A DNA stretch of 64,000 nucleotides, taken from Auanema rhodensis. Taxonomy: Eukaryota; Animalia; Nematoda. The DNA lies in contig OZ059900.1 of assembly GCA_964057225.1 (NCBI GenBank), forward strand, positions 20,646,001 to 20,710,000, in the 5' to 3' direction. The translations under genes were made by a program, and so were the position numbers. Of the stretch, positions 39,701 through 54,700 are shown piece after piece. The stretch's first letter is position 1. The number at the start of each line of letters is the position of its first letter. The notes below the pieces were generated by a model that was not told the origin of the DNA, ran no database searches, and saw only the letters and a program-made list of their open reading frames with translations.

Positions 39701-42700
39701 AATGCAACGAATTTCAGCGTGTTACATACTAAAATGAAGCATTTTACATGCTGAACACCAGAAAAATACAAAAACACAGTATTTCCCATGAGAAATATTT
39801 TATTATGCTGGAAAACCAGTTTTTGGAAATTTCGCTGTAAACAAGGTTTTGACTTACGATTTCATGTGTTCAAACTCTTGCAATGTCAATGAAACCTAGC
39901 TCAAAATTGTTCGTACAACGTCTAGTTCCACTTTCACGACAAAAAAACAGGGGTTAGAAAATTAAGGAAATTAGCATATTCTGAGGGCACGCCCCTTATG
40001 GCTAATATTGATTAAATCGATTTTTGTTCATATGAGTCGTCAAATGCAACGAATTTCAGCGTGTTACATACTAAAATGAAGCATTTTACATGCTGAACAC
40101 TAGAAAAATACAAAAACACTGTATTTCCCATGAGAAATATTTTATTATGCTGGAAAACCAGTTTTTGGAAATTTCGCTGTAAACAAGGTTTTGACTTACG
40201 ATTTCATGTGTTCAAACTCATGCAATGTCAATGAAACCTAGCTCAAAATTGTTCGTACAACGTCTAGTTCCACTTTCACGACAAAAAAACAGGGGTTAGA
40301 AAATTAAGGAAATTAGCATATTCTGAGGGCACGCCCCTTATGGCTAATATTGATTAAATCGATTTTTGTTCATATGAGTCGTCAAATGCAACGAATTTCA
40401 GCGTGTTACATACTAAAATGAAGCATTTTACATGCTGAACACCAGAAAAATACAAAAACACAGTATTTCCCATGAGAAATATTTTATTATGCTGGAAAAC
40501 CAGTTTTTGGAAATTTCGCTGTAAACAAGGCTTTGACTTACGATTTCATGTGTTCAAACTCATGCAATGTCAATGAAACCTAGCTCAAAATTGTTCGTAC
40601 AACGTCTAGTTCCACTTTCACGACAAAAAAAACAGGGGTTAGAAAATTAAGGAAATTAGCATATTCTGAGGGCACGCCCCTTATGGCTAATATTGATTAA
40701 ATCGATTTTTGTTCATATGAGTCGTCAAATGCAACGAATTTCAGCGTGTTACATACTAAAATGAAGCATTTTACATGCTGAACACTAGAAAAATACAAAA
40801 ACACAGTATTTCCCATGAGAAATATTTTATTATGCTGGAAAACCAGTTTTTGGAAATTTCGCTGTAAACAAGGTTTTGACTTACGATTTCATGTGTTCAA
40901 ACTCATGCAATGTCAATGAAACCTAGCTCAAAACTGTTCGTACAACGTCTAGTTCCACTTTCACGACAAAAAAACAGGGGTTAGAAAATTAAGGAAATTA
41001 GCATATTCTGAGGGCACGCCCCTTATGGCTAATATTGATTAAATCGATTTTTGTTCATATGAGTCGTCAAATGCAACGAATTTCAGCGTGTTACATACTT
41101 AAATGAAGCATTTTACATGCTGAACACTAGAAAAATACAAAAACACTGTATTTCCCATGAGAAATATTTTATTATGCTGGAAAACCAGTTTTTGGAAATT
41201 TCGCTGTAAACAAGGTTTTGACTTACGATTTCATGTGTTCAAACTCATGCAATGTCAATGAAACCTAGCTCAAAATTGTTCGTACAACGTCTAGTTCCAC
41301 TTTCACGACAAAAAAACAGGGGTTAGAAAATAAAGGAAATTAGCATATTCTGAGGGCACGCCCCTTATGGCTAATATTGATTAAATCGATTTTTGTTCAT
41401 ATGAGTCGTCAAATGCAACGAATTTCAGCGTGTTACATACTAAAATGAAGCATTTTACATGCTGAACACTAGAAAAATACAAAAACACAGTATTTCCCAT
41501 GAGAAATATTTTATTATGCTGGAAAACCAGTTTTTGGAAATTTCGCTGTAAACAAGGTTTTGACTTACGATTTCATGTGTTCAAACTCATGCAATGTCAA
41601 TGAAACCTAGCTCAAAATTGTTCGTACAACGTCTAGTTCCACTTTCACGACAAAAAAAACAGGGGTTAGAAAATTAAGGAAATTAGCATATTCTGAGGGC
41701 ACGCCCCTTATGGCTAATATTGATTAAATCGATTTTTGTTCATATGAGTCGTCAAATGCAACGAATTTCAGCGTGTTACATACTAAAATGAAGCATTTTA
41801 CATGCTGAACACTAGAAAAATACAAAAACACAGTATTTCCCATGAGAAATATTTTATTATGCTGGAAAACCAGTTTTTGGAAATTTCGCTGTAAACAAGG
41901 TTTTGACTTACGATTTCATGTGTTCAAACTCATGCAATGTCAATGAAACCTAGCTCAAAACTGTTCGTACAACGTCTAGTTCCACTTTCACGACAAAAAA
42001 ACAGGGGTTAGAAAATTAAGGAAATTAGCATATTCTGAGGGCACGCCCCTTATGGCTAATATTGATTAAATCGATTTTTGTTCATATGAGTCGTCAAATG
42101 CAACGAATTTCAGCGTGTTACATACTTAAATGAAGCATTTTACATGCTGAACACTAGAAAAATACAAAAACACTGTATTTCCCATGAGAAATATTTTATT
42201 ATGCTGGAAAACCAGTTTTTGGAAATTTCGCTGTAAACAAGGTTTTGACTTACGATTTCATGTGTTCAAACTCATGCAATGTCAATGAAACCTAGCTCAA
42301 AATTGTTCGTACAACGTCTAGTTCCACTTTCACGACAAAAAAACAGGGGTTAGAAAATAAAGGAAATTAGCATATTCTGAGGGCACGCCCCTTATGGCTA
42401 ATATTGATTAAATCGATTTTTGTTCATATGAGTCGTCAAATGCAACGAATTTCAGCGTGTTACATACTAAAATGAAGCATTTTACATGCTGAACACTAGA
42501 AAAATACAAAAACACAGTATTTCCCATGAGAAATATTTTATTATGCTGGAAAACCAGTTTTTGGAAATTTCGCTGTAAACAAGGTTTTGACTTACGATTT
42601 CATGTGTTCAAACTCATGCAATGTCAATGAAACCTAGCTCAAAATTGTTCGTACAACGTCTAGTTCCACTTTCACGACAAAAAAACAGGGGTTAGAAAAT

Positions 42701-45700
42701 TAAGGAAATTAGCATATTCAGAGGGCACGCCCCTTATGGCTAATATTGATTAAATCGATTTTTGTTCATATGAGTCGTCAAATGCAACGAATTTCAGCGT
42801 GTTACATACTAAAATGAAGCATTTTACATGCTGAACACCAGAAAAATACAAAAACACAGTATTTCCCATGAGAAATATTTTATTATGCTGGAAAACCAGT
42901 TTTTGGAAATTTCGCTGTAAACAAGGCTTTGACTTACGATTTCATGTGTTCAAACTCATGCAATGTCAATGAAACCTAGCTCAAAATTGTTCGTACAACG
43001 TCTAGTTCCACTTTCACGACAAAAAAAACAGGGGTTAGAAAATTAAGGAAATTAGCATATTCTGAGGGCACGCCCCTTATGGCTAATATTGATTAAATCG
43101 ATTTTTGTTCATATGAGTCGTCAAATGCAACGAATTTCAGCGTGTTACATACTAAAATGAAGCATTTTACATGCTGAACACTAGAAAAATACAAAAACAC
43201 AGTATTTCCCATGAGAAATATTTTATTATGCTGGAAAACCAGTTTTTGGAAATTTCGCTGTAAACAAGGTTTTGACTTACGATTTCATGTGTTCAAACTC
43301 ATGCAATGTCAATGAAACCTAGCTCAAAACTGTTCGTACAACGTCTAGTTCCACTTTCACGACAAAAAAACAGGGGTTAGAAAATTAAGGAAATTAGCAT
43401 ATTCTGAGGGCACGCCCCTTATGGCTAATATTGATTAAATCGATTTTTGTTCATATGAGTCGTCAAATGCAACGAATTTCAGCGTGTTACATACTTAAAT
43501 GAAGCATTTTACATGCTGAACACTAGAAAAATACAAAAACACTGTATTTCCCATGAGAAATATTTTATTATGCTGGAAAACCAGTTTTTGGAAATTTCGC
43601 TGTAAACAAGGTTTTGACTTACGATTTCATGTGTTCAAACTCATGCAATGTCAATGAAACCTAGCTCAAAATTGTTCGTACAACGTCTAGTTCCACTTTC
43701 ACGACAAAAAAACAGGGGTTAGAAAATAAAGGAAATTAGCATATTCTGAGGGCACGCCCCTTATGGCTAATATTGATTAAATCGATTTTTGTTCATATGA
43801 GTCGTCAAATGCAACGAATTTCAGCGTGTTACATACTAAAATGAAGCATTTTACATGCTGAACACTAGAAAAATACAAAAACACAGTATTTCCCATGAGA
43901 AATATTTTATTATGCTGGAAAACCAGTTTTTGGAAATTTCGCTGTAAACAAGGTTTTGACTTACGATTTCATGTGTTCAAACTCATGCAATGTCAATGAA
44001 ACCTAGCTCAAAATTGTTCGTACAACGTCTAGTTCCACTTTCACGACAAAAAAACAGGGGTTAGAAAATTAAGGAAATTAGCATATTCAGAGGGCACGCC
44101 CCTTATGGCTAATATTGATTAAATCGATTTTTGTTCATATGAGTCGTCAAATGCAACGAATTTCAGCGTGTTACATACTAAAATGAAGCATTTTACATGC
44201 TGAACACTAGAAAAATACAAAAACACAGTATTTCCCACGAGAAATATTTTATTATGCTGGAAAACCAGTTTTTGGAAATTTCGCTGTAAACAAGGTTTTG
44301 ACTTACGATTTCATGTGTTCAAACTCATGCAATGTCAATGAAACCTAGCTCAAAATTGTTCTTACAACGTCTAGTTCCACTTTCACGACAAAAAAACAGG
44401 GGTTAGAAAATTAAGGAAATTAGCATATTCTGAGGGCACGCCCCTTATGGCTAATATTGATTAAATCGATTTTTGTTCATATGAGTCGTCAAATGCAACG
44501 AATTTCAGCGTGTTACATACTAAAATGAAGCATTTTACATGCTGAACACTAGAAAATTACAAAAACACAGTATTTCCCATGAGAAATATTTTATTATGCT
44601 GGAAAACCAGTTTTTGGAAATTTCGCTGTAAACAAGGTTTTGACTTACGATTTCATGTGTTCAAACTCATGCAATGTCAATGAAACCTAGCTCAAAATTG
44701 TTCGTACAACGTCTAGTTCCACTTTCACGACAAAAAAACAGGGGTTAGAAAATTAAGGAAATTAGCATATTCTGAGGGCACGCCCCTTATGGCTAATATT
44801 GATTAAATCGATTTTTGTTCATATGAGTCGTCAAATGCAACGAATTTCAGCGTGTTACATACTAAAATGAAGCATTTTACATGCTGAACACTAGAAAAAT
44901 ACAAAAACACAGTATTTCCCATGAGAAATATTTTATTATGCTGGAAAACCAGTTTTTGGAAATTTCGCTGTAAACAAGGTTTTGACTTACGATTTCATGT
45001 GTTCAAACTCATGCAATGTCAATGAAACCTAGCTCAAAACTGTTCGTACAACGTCTTGTTCCACTTTCACGACAAAAAAACAGGGGTTAGAAAATTAAGG
45101 AAATTAGCATATTCTGAGGGCACGCCCCTTATGGCTAATATTGATTAAATCGATTTTTGTTCATATGAGTCGTCAAATGCAACGAATTTCAGCGTGTTAC
45201 ATACTAAAATGAAGCATTTTACATGCTGAACACTAGAAAAATACAAAAACACAGTATTTCCCATGAGAAATATTTTATTATGCTGGAAAACCAGTTTTTG
45301 GAAATTTCGCTGTAAACAAGGTTTTGACTTACGATTTCATGTGTTCAAACTCATGCAATGTCAATGAAACCTAGCTCAAAATTGTTCGTACAACGTCTAG
45401 TTCCACTTTCACGACAAAAAAACAGGGGTTAGAAAATTAAGGAAATTAGCATATTCTGAGGGCACGCCCCTTATGGCTAATATTGATTAAATCGATTTTT
45501 GTTCATATGAGTCGTCAAATGCAACGAATTTCAGCGTGTTACATACTAAAATGAAGCATTTTACATGCTGAACACTAGAAAAATACAAAAACACAGTATT
45601 TCCCATGAGAAATATTTTATTATGCTGGAAAACCAGTTTTTGGAAATTTCGCTGTAAACAAGGTTTTGACTTACGATTTCATGTGTTCAAACTCATGCAA

Positions 45701-48700
45701 TGTCAATGAAACCTAGCTCAAAATTGTTCGTACAACGTCTAGTTCCACTTTCACGACAAAAAAACAGGGGTTAGAAAATTAAGGAAATTAGCATATTCTG
45801 AGGGCACGCCCCTTATGGCTAATATTGATTAAATCGATTTTTGTTCATATGAGTCGTCAAATGCAACGAATTTCAGCGTGTTACATACTAAAATGAAGCA
45901 TTTTACATGCTGAACACTAGAAAAATACAAAAACACAGTATTTCCCATGAGAAATATTTTATTATGCTGGAAAACCAGTTTTTGGAAATTTCGCTGTAAA
46001 CAAGGTTTTGACTTACGATTTCATGTGTTCAAACTCATGCAATGTCAATGAAACCTAGCTCAAAATTGTTCGTACAACGTCTAGTTCCACTTTCACGACA
46101 AAAAAACAGGGGTTAGAAAATTAAGGAAATTAGCATATTCTGAGGGCACGCCCCTTATGGCTAATATTGATTAAATCGATTTTTGTTCATATGAGTCGTC
46201 AAATGCAACGAATTTCAGCGTGTTACATACTAAAATGAAGCATTTTACATGCTGAACACTAGAAAAATACAAAAACACAGTATTTCCCACGAGAAATATT
46301 TTATTATGCTGGAAAACCAGTTTTTGGAAATTTCGCTGTAAACAAGGTTTTGACTTACGATTTCATGTGTTCAAACTCATGCAATGTCAATGAAACCTAG
46401 CTCAAAATTGTTCGTACAACGTCTAGTTCGACTTTCACGACAAAAAAACAGGGGTTAGAAAATTAAGGAAATTAGCATATTCTGAGGGCACGCCTCTTAT
46501 GGCTAATATTGATTAAATCGATTTTTGTTCATATGAGTCGTCAAATGCAACGAATTTCAGCGTGTTACATACTAAAATGAAACATTTTACATGCTGAACA
46601 CTAGAAAAATACAAAAACACAGTATTTCCCACGAGAAATATTTTATTATGCTGGAAAACCAGTTTTTGGAAATTTCGCTGTAAACAAGGTTTTGACTTAC
46701 GATTTCATGTGTTCAAACTCATGCAATGTCAATGAAACCTAGCTCAAAATTGTTCGTACAACGTGTAGTTCCACTTTCACGACAAAAAAACAGGGGTTAG
46801 AAAATTAAGGAAATTAGCATATTCTGAGGGCACGCCCCTTATGGCTAATATTGATTAAATCGATTTTTGTTCATATGAGTCGTCAAATGCAACGAATTTC
46901 AGCGTGTTACATACTAAAATGAAGCATTTTACATGCTGAACACTAGAAAAATACAAAAACACAGTATTTCCCATGAGAAATATTTTATTATGCTGGAAAA
47001 CCAGTTTTTGGAAATTTCGCTGTAAACAAGGTTTTGACTTACGATTTCATGTGTTCAAACTCATGCAATGTCAATGAAACCTAGCTCAAAATTGTTCGTA
47101 CAACGTCTAGTTCCACTTTCACGACAAAAAAACAGGGGTTAGAAAATTAAGGAAATTAGCATATTCTGAGGGCACGCCCCTTATGGCTAATATTGATTAA
47201 ATCGATTTTTGTTCATATGAGTCGTCAAATGCAACGAATTTCAGCGTGTTACATACTAAAATGAAGCATTTTACATGCTGAACACTAGAAAAATACAAAA
47301 ACACAGTATTTCCCATGAGAAATATTTTATTATGCTGGAAAACCAGTTTTTGGAAATTTCGCTGTAAACAAGGTTTTGACTTACGATTTCATGTGTTCAA
47401 ACTCATGCAATGTCAATGAAACCTAGCTCAAAATTGTTCGTACAACGTCTAGTTCCACTTTCACGACAAAAAAACAGGGGTTAGAAAATTAAGGAAATTA
47501 GCATATTCTGAGGGCACGCCCCTTATGGCTAATATTGATTAAATCGATTTTTGTTCATATGAGTCGTCAAATGCAACGAATTTCAGCGTGTTACATACTA
47601 AAATGAAGCATTTTACATGCTGAACACTAGAAAAATACAAAAACACAGTATTTCCCACGAGAAATATTTTATTATGCTGGAAAACCAGTTTTTGGAAATT
47701 TCGCTGTAAACAAGGTTTTGACTTACGATTTCATGTGTTCAAACTCATGCAATGTCAATGAAACCTAGCTCAAAATTGTTCGTACAACGTCTAGTTCGAC
47801 TTTCACGACAAAAAAACAGGGGTTAGAAAATTAAGGAAATTAGCATATTCTGAGGGCACGCCTCTTATGGCTAATATTGATTAAATCGATTTTTGTTCAT
47901 ATGAGTCGTCAAATGCAACGAATTTCAGCGTGTTACATACTAAAATGAAACATTTTACATGCTGAACACTAGAAAAATACAAAAACACAGTATTTCCCAC
48001 GAGAAATATTTTATTATGCTGGAAAACCAGTTTTTGGAAATTTCGCTGTAAACAAGGTTTTGACTTACGATTTCATGTGTTCAAACTCATGCAATGTCAA
48101 TGAAACCTAGCTCAAAATTGTTCGTACAACGTGTAGTTCCACTTTCACGACAAAAAAACAGGGGTTAGAAAATTAAGGAAATTAGCATATTCTGAGGGCA
48201 CGCCCCTTATGGCTAATATTGATTAAATCGATTTTTGTTCATATGAGTCGTCAAATGCAACGAATTTCAGCGTGTTACATACTAAAATGAAGCATTTTAC
48301 ATGCTGAACACTAGAAAAATACAAAAACACAGTATTTCCCATGAGAAATATTTTATTATGCTGGAAAACCAGTTTTTGGAAATTTCGCTGTAAACAAGGT
48401 TTTGACTTACGATTTCATGTGTTCAAACTCATGCAATGTCAATGAAACCTAGCTCAAAACTGTTCGTACAACGTCTAGTTCCACTTTCACGACAAAAAAA
48501 CAGGGGTTAGAAAATTAAGGAAATTAGCATATTCTGAGGGCACGCCCCTTATGGCTAATATTGATTAAATCGATTTTTGTTCATATGAGTCGTCAAATGC
48601 AACGAATTTCAGCGTGTTACATACTAAAATGAAGCATTTTACATGCTGAACACTAGAAAAATACAAAAACACAGTATTTCCCATGAGAAATATTTTATTA

Positions 48701-51700
48701 TGCTGGAAAACCAGTTTTTGGAAATTTCGCTGTAAACAAGGTTTTGACTTACGATTTCATGTGTTCAAACTCATGCAATGTCAATGAAACCTAGCTCAAA
48801 ATTGTTCGTACAACGTCTAGTTCCACTTTCACGACAAAAAAACAGGGGTTAGAAAATTAAGGAAATTAGCATATTCTGAGGGCACGCCCCTTATGGCTAA
48901 TATTGATTAAATCGATTTTTGTTCATATGAGTCGTCAAATGCAACGAATTTCAGCGTGTTACATACTAAAATGAAGCATTTTACATGCTGAACACTAGAA
49001 AAATACAAAAACACAGTATTTCCCATGAGAAATATTTTATTATGCTGGAAAACCAGTTTTTGGAAATTTCGCTGTAAACAAGGTTTTGACTTACGATTTC
49101 ATGTGTTCAAACTCATGCAATGTCAATGAAACCTAGCTCAAAATTGTTCGTACAACGTCTAGTTCCACTTTCACGACAAAAAAACAGGGGTTAGAAAATT
49201 AAGGAAATTAGCATATTCTGAGGGCACGCCCCTTATGGCTAATATTGATTAAATCGATTTTTGTTCATATGAGTCGTCAAATGCAACGAATTTCAGCGTG
49301 TTACATACTAAAATGAAGCATTTTACATGCTGAACACTAGAAAAATACAAAAACACAGTATTTCCCATGAGAAATATTTTATTATGCTGGAAAACCAGTT
49401 TTTGGAAATTTCGCTGTAAACAAGGTTTTGACTTACGATTTCATGTGTTCAAACTCATGCAATGTCAATGAAACCTAGCTCAAAATTGTTCGTACAACGT
49501 CTAGTTCCACTTTCACGACAAAAAAACAGGGGTTAGAAAATTAAGGAAATTAGCATATTCTGAGGGCACGCCCCTTATGGCTAATATTGATTAAATCGAT
49601 TTTTGTTCATATGAGTCGTCAAATGCAACGAATTTCAGCGTGTTACATACTAAAATGAAGCATTTTACATGCTGAACACTAGAAAAATATAAAAACACAG
49701 TATTTCCCATGAGAAATATTTTATTATGCTGGAAAACCAGTTTTTGGAAATTTCGCTGTAAACAAGGTTTTGACTTACGATTTCATGTGTTCAAACTCAT
49801 GCAATGTCAATGAAACCTAGCTCAAAATTGTTCGTACAATGTCTAGTTCCACTTTCACGACAAAAAAACAGGGGTTAGAAAATTAAGGAAATTAGCATAT
49901 TCTGAGGGCACGCCCCTTATGGCTAATATTGATTAAATCGATTTTTGTTCATATGAGTCGTCAAATGCAACGAATTTCAGCGTGTTACATACTAAAATGA
50001 AGCATTTTACATGCTGAACACTAGAAAAATACAAAAACACAGTATTTCCCATGAGAAATATTTTATTATGCTGGAAAACCAGTTTATGGAAATTTCGCTG
50101 TAAACAAGGTTTTGACTTACGATTTCATGTGTTCAAACTCATGCAATGTCAATGAAACCTAGCTCAAAATTGTTCGTACAACGTCTAGTTCCACTTTCAC
50201 GACAAAAAAACAGGGGTTAGAAAATTAAGGAAATTAGCATATTCTGAGGGCACGCCCCTTATGGCTAATATTGATTAAATCGATTTTTGTTCATATGAGT
50301 CGTCAAATGCAACGAATTTCAGCGTGTTACATACTAAAATGAAGCATTTTACATGCTGAACACTAGAAAAATACAAAAACACAGTATTTCCCACGAGAAA
50401 TATTTTATTATGCTGGAAAACCAGTTTTTGGAAATTTCGCTGTAAACAAGGTTTTGACTTACGATTTCATGTGTTCAAACTCATGCAATGTCAATGAAAC
50501 CTAGCTCAAAATTGTTCGTACAACGTCTAGTTCGACTTTCACGACAAAAAAACAGGGGTTAGAAAATTAAGGAAATAAGCATATTCTGAGGGCACGCCTC
50601 TTATGGCTAATATTGATTAAATCGATTTTTGTTCATATGAGTCGTCAAATGCAACGAATTTCAGCGTGTTACATACTAAAATGAAACATTTTACATGCTG
50701 AACACTAGAAAAATACAAAAACACAGTATTTCCCACGAGAAATATTTTATTATGCTGGAAAACCAGTTTTTGGAAATTTCGCTGTAAACAAGGTTTTGAC
50801 TTACGATTTCATGTGTTCAAACTCATGCAATGTCAATGAAACCTAGTTCAAAATTGTTCGTACAACGTCTAGTTCCACTTTCACAACAAAAAAACAGGGG
50901 TTAGAAAATTAAGGAAATTAGCATATTCTGAGGGCACGCCCCTTATGGCTAATATTGATTAAATCGATTTTTGTTCATATGAGTCGTCAAATGTAACGAA
51001 TTTCAGCGTGTTACATACTAAAATGAAGCATTTTACATGGTGAACACTAGAAAAATACAAAAATACAGTATTTCCCATGAGAAAGATTTTATTATGCTGG
51101 AAAACCAGTTTTTGGAAATTTCGCTGTAAACAAGGTTTTGACTTACGATTTCATGTGTTCAAACTCATGCAATGTCAATGAAACCTAGCTCAAAATTGTT
51201 CGTACAACGTCTAGTTCCACTTTCACGACAAAAAAACAGGGGTTAGAAAATTAAGGAAATTAGCATATTCTGAGGGCACGCCCCTTATGGCTAATATTGA
51301 TTAAATCGATTTTTGTTCATATGAGTCGTCAAATGCAACGAATTTCAGCGTGTTACATACTAAAATGAAGCATTTTACATGCTGAACACTAGAAAAATAC
51401 AAAAACACAGTATTTCCCATGAGAAATATTTTATTATGCTGGAAAACCAGTTTTTGGAAATTTCGCTGTAAACAAGGTTTTGACTTACGATTTCATGTGT
51501 TCAAACTCATGCAATGTCAATGAAACCTAGCTCAAAATTGTTCGTACAACGTCTAGTTCCACTTTCACGACAAAAAAACAGGGGTTAGAAAATTAAGGAA
51601 ATTAGCATATTCTGAGGGCACGCCCCTTATGGCTAATATTGATTAAATCGATTTTTGTTCATATGAGTCGTCAAATGCAACGAATTTCAGCGTGTTACAT

Positions 51701-54700
51701 ACTAAAATGAAGCATTTTACATGCTGAACACTAGAAAAATACAAAAACACAGTATTTCCCACGAGAAATATTTTATTATGCTGGAAAACCAGTTTTTGGA
51801 AATTTCGCTGTAAACAAGGTTTTGACTTACGATTTCATGTGTTCAAACTCATGCAATGTCAATGAAACCTAGCTCAAAATTGTTCGTACAACGTCTAGTT
51901 CGACTTTCACGACAAAAAAACAGGGGTTAGAAAATTAAGGAAATTAGCATATTCTGAGGGCACGCCTCTTATGGCTAATATTGATTAAATCGATTTTTGT
52001 TCATATGAGTCGTCAAATGCAACGAATTTCAGCGTGTTACATACTAAAATGAAGCATTTTACATGCTGAACACTAGAAAAATACAAAAACACAGTATTTC
52101 CCATGAGAAATATTTTATTATGCTGGAAAACCAGTTTTTGGAAATTTCGCTGTAAACAAGGTTTTGACTTACGATTTCATGTGTTCAAACTCATGCAATG
52201 TCAATGAAACCTAGCTCAAAATTGTTCGTACAACGTCTAGTTCCACTTTCACGACAAAAAAACAGGGGTTAGAAAATTAAGGAAATTAGCATATTCTGAG
52301 GGCACGCCCCTTATGGCTAATATTGATTAAATCGATTTTTGTTCATATGAGTCGTCAAATGCAAAGAATTTCAGCGTGTTACATACTAAAATGAAACATT
52401 TTACATGCTGAACACTAGAAAAATACAAAAACACAGTATTTCCCATGAGAAATATTTTATTATGCTGGAAAACCAGTTTTTGGAAATTTCGCTGTAAACA
52501 AGGTTTTGACTTACGATTTCATGTGTTCAAACTCATGCAATGTCAATGAAACCTAGCTCAAAATTGTTCGTACAACGTCTAGTTCCACTTTCACGACAAA
52601 AAAACAGGGGTTAGAAAATTAAGGAAATTAGCATATTCTGAGGGCACGCCTCTTATGGCTAATATTGATTAAATCGATTTTTGTTCATATGAGTCGTCAA
52701 ATGCAACGAATTTCAGCGTGTTACATACTAAAATGAAGCATTTTACATGCTGAACACTAGAAAAATACAAAAACACAGTATTTCCCATGAGAAATATTTT
52801 ATTATGCTGGAAAACCAGTTTTTGGAAATTTCGCTGTAAACAAGGTTTTGACTTACGATTTCATGTGTTCAAACTCATGCAATGTCAATGAAACCTAGCT
52901 CAAAATTGTTCGTACAACGTCTAGTTCGACTTTCACGACAAAAAAACAGGGGTTAGAAAATTAAGGAAATTAGCATATTCTGAGGGCACGCCCCTTATGG
53001 CTAATATTGATTAAATCGATTTTTGTTCATATGAGTCGTCAAATGCAAAGAATTTCAGCGTGTTACATACTAAAATAAAACATTTTACATGCTGAACACT
53101 AGAAAAATACAAAAACACAGTATTTCCCACGAGAAATATTTTATTATGCTGGAAAACCAGTTTTTGGAAATTTCGCTGTAAACAAGGTTTTGACTTACGA
53201 TTTCATGTGTTCAAACTCATGCAATGTCAATAAAACCTAGCTCAAAATTGTTCGTACAACGTGTAGTTCCACTTTCACGACAAAAAAACAGGGGTTAGAA
53301 AATTAAGGAAATTAGCATATTCTGAGGGCACGCCCCTTATGGCTAATATTGATTAAATCGATTTTTGTTCATATGAGTCGTCAAATGCAACGAATTTCAG
53401 CGTGTTACATACTAAAATGAAGCATTTTACATGCTGAACACTAGAAAAATACAAAAACACAGTATTTCCCATGAGAAATATTTTATTATGCTGGAAAACC
53501 AGTTTTTGGAAATTTCGCTTTAAACAAGGTTTTGACTTACGATTTCATGTGTTCAAACTCATGCAATGTCAATGAAACCTAGCTCAAAATTGTTCGTACA
53601 ACGTCTAGTTCCACTTTCACGACAAAAAAACAGGGGTTAGAAAATTAAGGAAATTAGCATATTCTGAGGGCACGCCCCTTATGGCTAATATTGATTAAAT
53701 CGATTTTTGTTCATATGAGTCGTCAAATGCAGCGAATTTCAGCTTGTTACATACTAAAATGAAACATTTTACATGCTGAACACTAGAAAAATACAAAAAC
53801 ACAGTATTTCCCATGAGAAATATTTTATTATGCTGGAAAACCAGTTTTTGGAAATTTCGCTGTAAACAAGGTTTTGACTTACGATTTCATGTGTTCAAAC
53901 TCATGCAATGTCAACGAAACCTAGCTCAAAATTGTTCGTACAACGTCTAGTTCCACTTTCACGACAAAAAAACAGGGGTTAGAAAATTAGGGAAATTAGC
54001 ATATTCTGAGGGCACGCCCCTTATGGCTAATATTGATTAAATCGATTTTTGTTCATATGAGTCGTCAAATGCAACGAATTTTAGCGTGTTACATACTAAA
54101 ATGAAGCATTTTACATGTTGAACACTAGAAAAATACAAAAACACAGTATTTCCCATGAGAAATATTTTATTATGCTGGAAAACCAGTTTTTGGAAATTTC
54201 GCTGTAAACAAGGTTTTGACTTACGATTTCATGTGTTCAAACTCATGCAATGTCAATGAAACCTAGCTCAAAATTGTTCGTACAACGTCTAGTTCCACTT
54301 TCACGACAAAAAAACAGGGGTTAGAAAATTAAGGAAATTAGCATATTCTGAGGGCACGCCCCTTATGGCTAATATTGATTAAATCGATTTTTGTTCATAT
54401 GAGTCGTCAAATGCAACGAATTTCAGCGTGTTACATACTAAAATGAAGCATTTTACATGCTGAACACTAGAAAAATACAAAAACACAGTATTTCCCATGA
54501 GAAATATTTTATTATGCTGGAAAACCAGTTTTTGGAAATTTCGCAGTAAACAAGGTTTTGACTTACGATTTCATGTGTTCAAACTCATGCAATGTCAATG
54601 AAACCTAGCTCAAAATTGTTCGTACAACGTCTAGTTCCACTTTCACGACAAAAAAACAGGGGTTAGAAAATTAAGGAAATTAGCATATTCTGAGGGCACG

